Source of the DNA: a virus
Lineage: Duplodnaviria; Heunggongvirae; Uroviricota; Caudoviricetes
Direction: 5' to 3' (one strand)
Length of the DNA: 64,000 nt
IMG/VR virus record: IMGVR_UViG_3300028048_001599
The notes beneath the pieces are model-generated. The model made no database searches. It worked only from the letters and a program-made list of their open reading frames with translations, and was not told the origin of the DNA. Of the stretch, positions 20,741-29,987 are shown piece after piece (positions within the stretch are counted from its first letter, which is position 1; the number at the start of each line of letters is the position of its first letter). The position numbers and the translations under genes were made by a program.

Positions 20741-20915
20741 AAGTCGGTCAGGTGTGTAATTTCATATTTCAAGAAAAAGTCGCTCAGAGGGGATTGTAAG
20801 CAATTTCAGGCTCAGTGGTGTTATTTCACAAAATAGGAAATAATCAGTGGGAAATAGTGATTAATGGTGGTTTTGACGGATTAAGAAATTTCTGTAAAAA
20901 TTTTGAAAAAATGTA

Positions 20916-20944
20916 TTGACAAATTCGGAATATTGTTGTATAAT
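20916..20944 (+). promoter_or_regulatory. consensus sigmaA promoter
   Basis: TTGACA-17bp-TATAAT with upstream A/T tracts. Confidence 0.85.
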
Positions 20945-21004
20945 TGTAAATGTAATCAGAAAGCGATAAACAATATCATAAAAATGAAAGAGAGGATAAA
21001 AATT

Positions 21005-21784
21005 ATGATTATCAACAAAAATGTAAAAGTGGAAAACGGGGTAGTAACTCTTAAGACACCCTCATGTTCAAAGGCAAAGTCAATCGTGATTGATGAAAGT
21101 TGTCTTGAACCTATGCAGTCAGTTGATGTTACATTCGATGGTAGTAATATCAACATCAAGCCATGCGAATTTGACGGTTCAGCTTACATAATCACCGAAA
21201 AGTGGGGTGTTCTCTACGGTGAGATGACACTCTGTTCACTGATGTTTATTTCACTTACAAGTGTTCTGATTTCAGTAGACAACGGCTATATCTGCTATGA
21301 GGATGAGAACGGTGATATTTACTGTATCGGAAACGACGGCACACGGGGTAAGGTCACTCCAGAACAGGCTCAGAGTATAAACTGGTTCAAGGCTGCAGAC
21401 ATGCGTGATGTACTTCCGTTGTTCCTTAAAACAAGAACTCAGCAGTACCCTGAAGTTATCAGGCACTATGTTGATAACTTCGTGTTTGCTTACTCATTCA
21501 AGTCAGAACGTGAGAAATATTCGTATAAACTCTGTAACGTTGACGATTCTCTTGTTGCACCTTATGGTTTGGTCTACACTAAGTTTGTAGAACTTGACCT
21601 CGATGGTTCAACCGATGATTACATCGAACTCGACGATGAGGACGAGGATGAGGACGAGGATGAGGTAGAGGAACAGGACGAAGTAGATGATGCCTTCCTT
21701 GATAACTACGAGGAGTACGATGAAGAAGACCTTGAAAATGAGTTTGATGACATCGATGATATTGCCGATGACGATGAAGAATAA
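21005..21784 (+). CDS. hypothetical protein with a very acidic C-terminal tail
   Basis: RBS GAGG before the ATG at 21005. The last ~60 aa are mostly D/E. Codon use (ATC/AAC/GAC/TTC) suggests high expression. Confidence 0.8.
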   Translation: MIINKNVKVENGVVTLKTPSCSKAKSIVIDESCLEPMQSVDVTFDGSNINIKPCEFDGSAYIITEKWGVLYGEMTLCSLMFISLTSVLISVDNGYICYEDENGDIYCIGNDGTRGKVTPEQAQSINWFKAADMRDVLPLFLKTRTQQYPEVIRHYVDNFVFAYSFKSEREKYSYKLCNVDDSLVAPYGLVYTKFVELDLDGSTDDYIELDDEDEDEDEDEVEEQDEVDDAFLDNYEEYDEEDLENEFDDIDDIADDDEE

Positions 21785-21884
21785 GTAAAAATTTATTTAC
21801 ATTAAGATTTTTAATAATACTTCAATCAATAAATCGCCACCTTTGTCTATTATATAATAAAGGCAAAGGTGGTGAAATTATTTT

Positions 21885-23333
21885 ATGGTTTTCAGTGGTA
21901 CTGATTTTGCGAAGTCAATTATAGAACAGGGTTCAAATTTCTTGGTATATGGCGACCCTGATATTGACGGAATGATTGCAGCATACTTGGTATGTGCTTA
22001 TCTAAGAAAACGTGGAATAACTTTTAATTATTATATTAACTCAAATCGTAAGCATGGGTTTACTTTGCCTTTGGATAAAGTAAGGGGTAAAACCATAATT
22101 GCGGTTGATTTTTCTATGTCCGAAAAAGAACTTGAGGATGTAGTCAATATTGGTGCTAACATAGTATTAATAGACCACCATCATATTGATAGTACTCAAC
22201 TTGTAATAAAGGACAATGGCAAGAATAGGGGTATTATAATAAATAATCAATACACGTTTGAAGATAAGGCATACCGTTTTTTAAGTGGAGCAGGTGTTGT
22301 GTACTATGTGTTGGGGTATATGGAACCTACGATGTTTTCTGAGGACAACAAGGCATTAGTAGGTATATCCTTATTGTCTGATATTCGTGAAATTGAAAAT
22401 GATATAGCACAAGATTTCTTGAAAACGACTTATGTAGCAAATACACCTATGATAAATAGACTAATTGCTATAACAAAACCTGAATATTCTTTTAGTTTTG
22501 GTGCTGTTAAGATGGACAGACAATTTATTGATTATACATTTTCTCCACGTTTTAATGCTATGTTCAGAGCCAACAAAGGTTATGAAGCCTTTGAATACAT
22601 GCTTGGAAAACCGCTTGAACGTAAGTTCGTAGAAGAATGTCGAGATTTTCAGAATACTATGGTTCAATACATATTGGACAATCTTAAAGGTAAAGAATAC
22701 TCAGCTTTAATTTGTAAATACATTGAGCATAAAAACATGTCAGATGTAATTCTTGAAACTGATTCAAACCCCATGTTTCATGATGCGGAGTTATCTAACT
22801 TTATTGGTTTAGTAGCATCAAGGATAAAAGGAAAAAAGAGTTCTATAGTATACATTAAGAATGGTGACGACATAGAGCGTGGCTCATTCAGGGGTAGCGG
22901 AGACCATGACTATTTACATCTATTTAGAGACCTTGGTGGTTTAGCAAATGGTCACAGAAACGCATTTGGCTTTCATTGTATGATATCTGCTACATTTGAT
23001 GAATTTAATGACATCTTGTATGGTATATCATTATATAATGATAATTCAAACCGTATTGTTGAAGCAAGTAACTTATCAACAATAGTAAACACAACTAATA
23101 TTGACTTAGCTACATTGAATATATTTAGACGTTCGTCCAATCAGATATTTGTTAAGTATATAGGTTCTAAGGATAACTGTATTGCAACCGAGCGAGGTAA
23201 ATTAATCGAGTGGCGGATAGATGGGGTACTTGTAAAAAGCTTTGATGCTGATTTAAAACCGTGGAAGGATTTCATTTTGCCATATAAAGACAAGGGGTAT
23301 ACAGTGTTCTACCTTAAAAAAGATATTAATTGA
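21885..23333 (+). CDS. RecJ-like DHH/DHHA1 single-stranded DNA exonuclease
   Basis: Motifs VYGDPDIDG, R.HG, AVDF, IDHH, LSGAGV, SD, RGSFR and GH..AFG. Confidence 0.9.
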   Translation: MVFSGTDFAKSIIEQGSNFLVYGDPDIDGMIAAYLVCAYLRKRGITFNYYINSNRKHGFTLPLDKVRGKTIIAVDFSMSEKELEDVVNIGANIVLIDHHHIDSTQLVIKDNGKNRGIIINNQYTFEDKAYRFLSGAGVVYYVLGYMEPTMFSEDNKALVGISLLSDIREIENDIAQDFLKTTYVANTPMINRLIAITKPEYSFSFGAVKMDRQFIDYTFSPRFNAMFRANKGYEAFEYMLGKPLERKFVEECRDFQNTMVQYILDNLKGKEYSALICKYIEHKNMSDVILETDSNPMFHDAELSNFIGLVASRIKGKKSSIVYIKNGDDIERGSFRGSGDHDYLHLFRDLGGLANGHRNAFGFHCMISATFDEFNDILYGISLYNDNSNRIVEASNLSTIVNTTNIDLATLNIFRRSSNQIFVKYIGSKDNCIATERGKLIEWRIDGVLVKSFDADLKPWKDFILPYKDKGYTVFYLKKDIN

Positions 23334-24265
23334 AAGGGGCTAAATTAAAAATGGGTCTGAAACTTGATAAGGATGTTGTAAGAACAAAAAATAAAGCGAA
23401 GTTCTCACAACAAATACTAATTATTATTGGTGCTTTAATTCTTGTAGCAGTGGTAATTGTTGTTAACTGGTGGTCATCGAGGGATATGCGTGATACTGTT
23501 GAGGTTGCTGTATTTAATACAAACGTAGCACAAAACGCTTATATTAACGCATCCATGATAACCAAGCAAGAAATGACAACCGCCGACTACAAGCGTTCTG
23601 CAATTGTAAAAATGTCGGATGGTACTGAACGTAGACAGATTGTGTTATATCAGGATGCTCAAAATGCACTTGTTGGTAAATATGCTGCTAACTATGTAAG
23701 AGCCAATACTCCTATATACTATGACGCTGTAACTACAGAGTATACAAAATCTAATTCATATTTGTATCAGATGGACGGTACTGAACTTCTAAAGATTGAT
23801 GTTGACCCGAAACAGTTTGGTGATATACTTGTTCCTGGTGATAAACTTAATGTTCGTATTACTTACGATGAAACAAAATATAAGATTTTATCAGAGAAAG
23901 ATTATCTTAAATTAACTGATGCAGAACGTGAAAGTCTTATTACAACAACATCTGTTACCGAACTTATGTTCTCAGAAGTAACAGTACTGGATATGCTTAA
24001 CGCATCTGGTGAAAGTATATTTGATAAATATTATGCACTTATGTCAATGCCTGAAGCACAGCAGAAAAAGAAGTTTGCTGATGATAACTTCAAAACATCA
24101 ATCGAACCTAAGTGCATTCTTATTGCTGTAACTCCTGAGGAAGCAGAGCGTTATTCAATTCTTGGTGGTAAGACAAAGGGTTCTCTTATTACACTTCTTC
24201 CGAGAACAACAAGTAATCCGATTCTTGAGGCTATTAATTCACTGACAAATGGTACAGCTAAATAA
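23330..24265 (+). CDS. Flp pilus assembly protein, CpaB/RcpC-like (SAF domain)
   Basis: Single N-terminal TM, SAF-like segment (LVGKYAANYV), LVPGDKLNV and IAVTPEEAE. Confidence 0.75.
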   Translation: MKGAKLKMGLKLDKDVVRTKNKAKFSQQILIIIGALILVAVVIVVNWWSSRDMRDTVEVAVFNTNVAQNAYINASMITKQEMTTADYKRSAIVKMSDGTERRQIVLYQDAQNALVGKYAANYVRANTPIYYDAVTTEYTKSNSYLYQMDGTELLKIDVDPKQFGDILVPGDKLNVRITYDETKYKILSEKDYLKLTDAERESLITTTSVTELMFSEVTVLDMLNASGESIFDKYYALMSMPEAQQKKKFADDNFKTSIEPKCILIAVTPEEAERYSILGGKTKGSLITLLPRTTSNPILEAINSLTNGTAK

Positions 24266-24277
24266 GGAGGAGTAACT

Positions 24278-25291
24278 ATGGGTATTATTAGAAACTTACT
24301 CTCACTGTTTAGTGGTGGCACTGGTGAGGTAAGAGTATCTGAACAGTTGCTATTTGATAAGGTAATAGGTTTCAAAGGGGTAGTTGACGGTGCTGGTGCA
24401 TCTACAATTGTTCAAAATATAGCTGTCGCTTTATCGGATACAACTCATTATAAGATATGTGTTATAGATACCAATATGTTATACCCTTGTCAGTTTGAAT
24501 TACTTGGTTGTTCTGGTGATAATAAATATGACATCATAGACTACACAAGGGGCATAAAAATTGGTGAAATAGTCAATGAGTCAAGACATGGTAATGTTTC
24601 AGTTGTAGGTTTCAAGGATAGAACTGTAGTCGACCTTGTTGCTGTTACTGAAACACTTGGTGACTTCGATAAATTGTTAAATGAACTTAAAATGTTCTAT
24701 GATATTATTCTTATAGATTTATCTCACGAGCCGTCAAACTTCGCTACTCAGGCGGCTATTAAGTGTAACAAGATATTTATGGTATGTGATGAAAGTGTAA
24801 AGAGTACATCAAACCTCATTCACGCATATAATTATATAACAACTCTTGGGGTATCTCTTACAAAGTGTAGGAGAATTATACTCAATAAAACTACGGCTAT
24901 TAATACAGGTATTCGTGGCACTATAAGTGATTTGAAACTTGAGATATTTGGTGAAATTCCTTTCTCAGAAGCAATTTATAATAGAGGGGTAGCCGGTAAA
25001 CCTTTTTATGGTATGGCTACTCGAGATAGTACCATTACTGAGGCTCATATCCTTATAGAAAAATTACGTAAAGATATAATTGAGGAAACACCTCTTAATC
25101 GTAAAAATCTTAAGGATAGTAAGGAAAAACATTCAAAAGAAACTGTTGCTGAAATTGATTTTTCTAATGAAGATTCAGAAAGCATAGAGGAACCTATTAA
25201 GGAAAAACTCACTTATAGTGAACCTGATGTATTTGGCAAAGGTGAATCGCAGGATGATGTGGAACCTGTATTTAGTGATGGAGGGGAGTAA
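24278..25291 (+). CDS. CpaE/TadZ-like MinD/ParA-family protein with a degenerate Walker A
   Basis: VIGFKGVVDGAGASTIVQNIA, ICVID, YDIILID and ILNK...GEIPF. Confidence 0.8.
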   Translation: MGIIRNLLSLFSGGTGEVRVSEQLLFDKVIGFKGVVDGAGASTIVQNIAVALSDTTHYKICVIDTNMLYPCQFELLGCSGDNKYDIIDYTRGIKIGEIVNESRHGNVSVVGFKDRTVVDLVAVTETLGDFDKLLNELKMFYDIILIDLSHEPSNFATQAAIKCNKIFMVCDESVKSTSNLIHAYNYITTLGVSLTKCRRIILNKTTAINTGIRGTISDLKLEIFGEIPFSEAIYNRGVAGKPFYGMATRDSTITEAHILIEKLRKDIIEETPLNRKNLKDSKEKHSKETVAEIDFSNEDSESIEEPIKEKLTYSEPDVFGKGESQDDVEPVFSDGGE

Positions 25292-25296
25292 TATAA

Positions 25297-26778
25297 ATGC
25301 TAAATGAACATACGATTTACAGTATACAATCTATGAATAATGTTACTGACCTCTCTCGTGAGGACTCAATAACATTTGAAGAATACGTTTCTCAGTGTAG
25401 AACATTTGTAGTAAACAATATGTCTATTGACGGTCTTTCAAACGCGTCAGATGATCCTAAGACACGGCATAAGCGTTTGATATCTCTTATTGAAAGTTTT
25501 GTAACTAAACACGAAATGAATGTCGAGGGGTATCTTACTCAGGTTGGTACTATCAACAAACAGAAGTTGCTTGATGACGTTGTTGATACTGTAACTGGTT
25601 TGGGTATTTTGAAGGATGCATTTGAAAATCCTGATATAGACGAAATTCAGATTAATGACTACAAGACAATCTTTGTAGTCGATAAGGGTGTAACAAAGCA
25701 CCTATGTGATTCTAAAGGTCAACCGTTGTCATTTTTTAATAATGACGAGGTTCATACTCTATTCAATAAGCTTGTTGACGATGGTACTGGTTCAATTCCG
25801 CAGTTTACGGATGGTTATCCTATTGTTAATACAAAGACAGCTCGTGACCAATATCGTGTATCTGCAGTTCATTACGCCGCAAATGCACGTGACTCTGATT
25901 TAGGTAACAAGCCTATAACGTCTATGGTTATTCGTAAATTCCGTAAGGTTAAGCTTACAATGCAAAATCTTATTGATACTGATACTTTAACTCCTAAGAT
26001 GGCAAGATTTTTGGAGCTACTTGGTAGAGCCGATATTACAATGTTCTGTGTTGGTAAGACTGGTTCTGGTAAAACGACACTGTTAAATATTATTGGTTCA
26101 ACAATTCCAAAGAATAAACGTATTTTGCTTGTTCAGAACCCTACCGAAATTACATTCTTTGAGCGTGACACATATCATAGAAATATAAGAAATGCTGTCC
26201 ACTGGGAAGTTCGTGATAGTGGTTCAAAGGATAAAGATGCTATTTATACGGCAACAATGGAAAACTTAATGTCAAATACACTTCGTTTTACTCCTGAAAT
26301 GACAATCATAGGTGAGGCACGTACAAAGGGTGAGTTTGAACAGATTAAGCGTTCTATTCAGATGGGTCAGCCTGTAATGGGTACATTCCACGCATTTGAT
26401 ACTGAAGAGGCTATTGGACGTATGGCAACTGAAGTTGGTGGTGACATTATGGAGGCAAAGAACCTTTTCGCTAATAGTGTTGACATCATTGTATCTCAGT
26501 TCCGTTTCCTCGATGGTACAAGACGTGTTCTTGAAATCTCTGAGGTGTTGGGGTTAAATCCTGACGGTTCAGTTAATGTTAATAAACTTTTTGAGTTTGA
26601 GCAGACTGGTAAGATTACAAAGAACCCAAAAAATGCTCTTGACCACGCCGTCGGGGTATTCAGACAGATTAATGGTATCAGTGAAGTACTTCAGAAAAAG
26701 TTCTACCGTTCTTCAATTTCAAAGGAAGAAATTCAGGAGTTTATAGATGTAGACCCGACACCGAGTAAGGAGGTATAA
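25297..26778 (+). CDS. tadA: CpaF/TadA pilus assembly ATPase
   Basis: DEIQIN, IRKF, GKTGSGKTT, IIGEAR, MGTFHA and DGTRRVLEISEV. Confidence 0.92.
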   Translation: MLNEHTIYSIQSMNNVTDLSREDSITFEEYVSQCRTFVVNNMSIDGLSNASDDPKTRHKRLISLIESFVTKHEMNVEGYLTQVGTINKQKLLDDVVDTVTGLGILKDAFENPDIDEIQINDYKTIFVVDKGVTKHLCDSKGQPLSFFNNDEVHTLFNKLVDDGTGSIPQFTDGYPIVNTKTARDQYRVSAVHYAANARDSDLGNKPITSMVIRKFRKVKLTMQNLIDTDTLTPKMARFLELLGRADITMFCVGKTGSGKTTLLNIIGSTIPKNKRILLVQNPTEITFFERDTYHRNIRNAVHWEVRDSGSKDKDAIYTATMENLMSNTLRFTPEMTIIGEARTKGEFEQIKRSIQMGQPVMGTFHAFDTEEAIGRMATEVGGDIMEAKNLFANSVDIIVSQFRFLDGTRRVLEISEVLGLNPDGSVNVNKLFEFEQTGKITKNPKNALDHAVGVFRQINGISEVLQKKFYRSSISKEEIQEFIDVDPTPSKEV

Positions 26779-26781
26779 CCT

Positions 26782-27780
26782 ATGGATTTAAAAGACTTAC
26801 TTGGTAATATTCCTGGTTCATACGTATCAATTGGACTGTTATTCATATTGGGGATATTATTCTTTGTATTTATTTACTTCAATAGACAGATTCTAAAATT
26901 GATAGGAAATATACGGCTTGGAATAAACAAGTTTGTAAGTAAGCACTTTGGTTCAACTTTTAGGTCTGCTGATAAGAAGTTCAGACGTACAGCTTTTCTA
27001 AGAACCGAAAGTTTATGGTATAAGATATATAGAGTATTCGACAACATGATAACAAATCTAAACCTACAGAAAAACGGTGTTACAGTTTTCGGTTTGATTT
27101 TGTTTATGTGTGTATTAGCATTTATAATTACACTCATTATTAGTATTCTATTTAACTTTGGTATCTTTCTTGGGTTCTTTATGTTTATTACCGCATTTGT
27201 CGCTGTATTTGTCGTATTTATGTTTAATTCATTATCACATAAAGAGAAGTTTGAAAATGAAATAATGGATGCAGTAGACTTGTTGGTATCAGACGTTAAA
27301 GGGGGTATTCATAACGCCATTACAAGGTATATGGAAAGTATTCACCCAGATATTAGACCCTACTTTTTAGAGTTTATTGATAACACTAAAACAAAAGGTT
27401 TATCCTTTAAATCAGCTATGTTGATACTTAATGATAGGCTTGGACCGACTTTCAGTGATTTTGCTCACAAGGCTATTATGTATGAAGAAAAAGCTGATGC
27501 TGAGTTTGACGATATTTTCTCAGCAATACTTGAAGTAAATAGACATAAACGTATTCTTAGAGCTAAGAATAATTTTGCATTTCAGCAACTTATGATAACA
27601 TTTATTATATCATTTGCAATGGTTGCTGGCTTTGCTGTATACATCACATTAACGGAGCCATTTGTAAGTGATTTTCTTATAAATAACATTGTAGGTAAAT
27701 TCTTACTAATTCTTGATTTTATAATATTTATTGTGGTACTTGGCATATTAACGTATCTCAAGGCTAAGTCATTTGAATAA
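26782..27780 (+). CDS. tadB: TadB-like (T2SSF fold) membrane platform protein
   Basis: Multi-TM protein directly after tadA, with the F...I.DAVDLL...GG pattern. Confidence 0.7.
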   Translation: MDLKDLLGNIPGSYVSIGLLFILGILFFVFIYFNRQILKLIGNIRLGINKFVSKHFGSTFRSADKKFRRTAFLRTESLWYKIYRVFDNMITNLNLQKNGVTVFGLILFMCVLAFIITLIISILFNFGIFLGFFMFITAFVAVFVVFMFNSLSHKEKFENEIMDAVDLLVSDVKGGIHNAITRYMESIHPDIRPYFLEFIDNTKTKGLSFKSAMLILNDRLGPTFSDFAHKAIMYEEKADAEFDDIFSAILEVNRHKRILRAKNNFAFQQLMITFIISFAMVAGFAVYITLTEPFVSDFLINNIVGKFLLILDFIIFIVVLGILTYLKAKSFE

Positions 27781-27791
27781 GGAGGGGTATC

Positions 27792-28751
27792 ATGGACATT
27801 AGTAGTATTGGTTTCAAGGATATTTTTCTTTACTCTGTACTTGCACTATTTATCTTTTGGGTGCTATTGAAATTCAATATGATTGGAGCAAGGAGAGGTA
27901 CTAAAAAATCATCCAAGCAACGTGATAAGGAAACTACAAGACAGAGAAACCGTAGACGTACAATATGGTTTATGAAACAATTCGAATCTCTGTATAACTT
28001 TATAGGGTATACCACAAAGGAATATGAATTTGAATTGAAATATAGACTTGAGCGTTGTGACATTAAGGTTAGAAGTCTTGAACGTCCATTAAAAGTCAGT
28101 GAACTTATAGGTATTTTTAGGTTTATTCAGATATTAACGGTACTTATCACAATAACTGTTGTGTCTTTAACTTTGAGTCCCGTTGGACTTTTAATATTAG
28201 TCGGTATATTTATTCCGAAATTATACTCTGGTCTATTAAAATTGAAAATTTTATCTGAAGATGAAGAACTCGAAGATAATTTTCCTGACCTTTATCTATT
28301 ATTATATAGTAGGTTAAGAAAAGGTGCTCATACACGTATCGAACCAACAATTCAAGACTATCTAAATTCTCTTGATGATATGTATGGTACAGGTGTAGGA
28401 CACATTCCAATCCGTAAGTTTTGTTCAAGATTTATTGCTAATGTAGAGATATATGGTGATGAATCTATGGCAATAAAACGTATGCGTGAGCATTACAGGT
28501 CACCTACAATGATAAACTTTTGTAACCTCGCTATTCAATCACTAAGTGGGGTAGATAACAGTGATAAATTACTTACATTTAAACAAGAACTTGCAGAAGA
28601 CCGTCGTGTAAAGATGGACAAAAGAGCTGCAGCACTTGTCGAAAAAGGAAATAAGGTTATTTTCATAATCTATGTTATACTTTTTCAATTTATCATATTA
28701 TCTTGGGTTTCAAAAGTCGACTTAAGTATGTTTAATGCTATTTTAGGATAA
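27792..28751 (+). CDS. tadC: TadC-like membrane platform protein
   Basis: EELEDNFPDLYLLL, RR..MDKRA and the TM pattern; follows tadB. Confidence 0.7.
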   Translation: MDISSIGFKDIFLYSVLALFIFWVLLKFNMIGARRGTKKSSKQRDKETTRQRNRRRTIWFMKQFESLYNFIGYTTKEYEFELKYRLERCDIKVRSLERPLKVSELIGIFRFIQILTVLITITVVSLTLSPVGLLILVGIFIPKLYSGLLKLKILSEDEELEDNFPDLYLLLYSRLRKGAHTRIEPTIQDYLNSLDDMYGTGVGHIPIRKFCSRFIANVEIYGDESMAIKRMREHYRSPTMINFCNLAIQSLSGVDNSDKLLTFKQELAEDRRVKMDKRAAALVEKGNKVIFIIYVILFQFIILSWVSKVDLSMFNAILG

Positions 28752-28855
28752 GCTTACACGAGTTGAATTTGCAAATTATAAAAATTGCCCCTTTTTATGT
28801 TGCAAATTTAGCTCTTTACTATAATCAGCTCTTTATAGAAGGAGGTGTGGGGGCG

Positions 28856-29104
28856 ATGAAGAAGACAATCAGAAATGTGTTCTTGATTATCGGTGTACTT
28901 GTACTCTGTCTTTTAATCTGGGCTGTATTCTTCAATAATTCACTTGAAGCTGCTTGGAACTCAGTTAGACAGCCGATCAACAACGCATGGAACGCAATTG
29001 TAGGCGGTGGCGATGATGTCATTCAGGACTGGGATGGTGCAAACGAAGGTCTTAATGGCGGTGCTAACGTTGATAACCAGATTAACAATACCCAGCAGGT
29101 ATAA
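28856..29104 (+). CDS. putative major pilin (Flp-like, no class III cleavage motif)
   Basis: Strong RBS AAGGAGGTG. 82 aa with an N-terminal hydrophobic helix, high-expression codons, an upstream TATAAT and its own downstream hairpin. Confidence 0.65.
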   Translation: MKKTIRNVFLIIGVLVLCLLIWAVFFNNSLEAAWNSVRQPINNAWNAIVGGGDDVIQDWDGANEGLNGGANVDNQINNTQQV

Positions 29105-29130
29105 TAAATCTGTGTAACAGCAAACCCAAA

Positions 29131-29158
29131 GGGGTGTGTACCATAGGTACACACCCCC
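29131..29158 (+). terminator. terminator/stabilising hairpin after the pilin gene
   Basis: GGGGTGTGTACC-ATA-GGTACACACCCC perfect stem. Confidence 0.8.
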
Positions 29159-29250
29159 GTTACATTTTATAGGTATTATATATTTTTATTGAAAAAATAT
29201 ATACTAATGTATATAATATTATAGAGATTAAAATAGTGTGGTGAAATAAC

Positions 29251-29487
29251 ATGCATAGAGTTGTAAGTTACGTTTTTGGTTGGCTATTCGCCATAGTATT
29301 AACATTGATGATGTGGAACATATTCATTAAAGAACAACCGAGGTTGTATGAAATAATGGACTCTGCATTATCAAATGAATGGAACAAAGACACAGGTAAC
29401 AACGGGCAATTAGTAAATTCAATCAGGGACAAGGTATGGAACGCCGATACTAAAAATAAGACGTTGATTGCCTATGTAGAAAGTTAA
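29251..29487 (+). CDS. putative minor pilin
   Basis: 78 aa with an N-terminal TM. The MHRVV start is shared with the next gene. Confidence 0.6.
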   Translation: MHRVVSYVFGWLFAIVLTLMMWNIFIKEQPRLYEIMDSALSNEWNKDTGNNGQLVNSIRDKVWNADTKNKTLIAYVES

Positions 29488-29500
29488 GGAGGGGTAAGAC

Positions 29501-29971
29501 ATGCATAGAGTTGTAGCATGGGTTTTCAAGTTTATAGGAATATCCATAATGCTAATGATACTAATGGACACAGGTATAATGTTAGCTGATGCTTTTACAA
29601 CAAATGGTAGAATACAGGCACAGGCTAATCTAATGCAGATGGAAATAGCAAAGAATAACTATCTATCAGATGAGGCTGCTAATGTATTTCGAGGTACTAA
29701 TTCGTCAGGTTCTACTGTTGGTACTGGTTTCAAAAGAATAGTTGAGTTATCTAAGGTTTACAAAGATATAAAGTTTAATTCAGGTGCAGTTACTGGCAGT
29801 GTATCTAAAGTTAAGAATTACGGTGATTATCACGTGCTTAAAATAACTGCAACAATAAATCCGTGGCATTATTATTTTTCAGGTCATGTAAATGGTGGTA
29901 TCAGAAAAATAGCAAAAGAATCACAGATAGTATACACATTTACAATACCTTGTTTAAGATACATGAAGTAA
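29501..29971 (+). CDS. TadE-like pseudopilin
   Basis: N-terminal TM, amphipathic helix and C-terminal beta strands; sits in the Tad operon. Confidence 0.6.
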   Translation: MHRVVAWVFKFIGISIMLMILMDTGIMLADAFTTNGRIQAQANLMQMEIAKNNYLSDEAANVFRGTNSSGSTVGTGFKRIVELSKVYKDIKFNSGAVTGSVSKVKNYGDYHVLKITATINPWHYYFSGHVNGGIRKIAKESQIVYTFTIPCLRYMK

Positions 29972-29987
29972 TGGATGGTGACAAACA

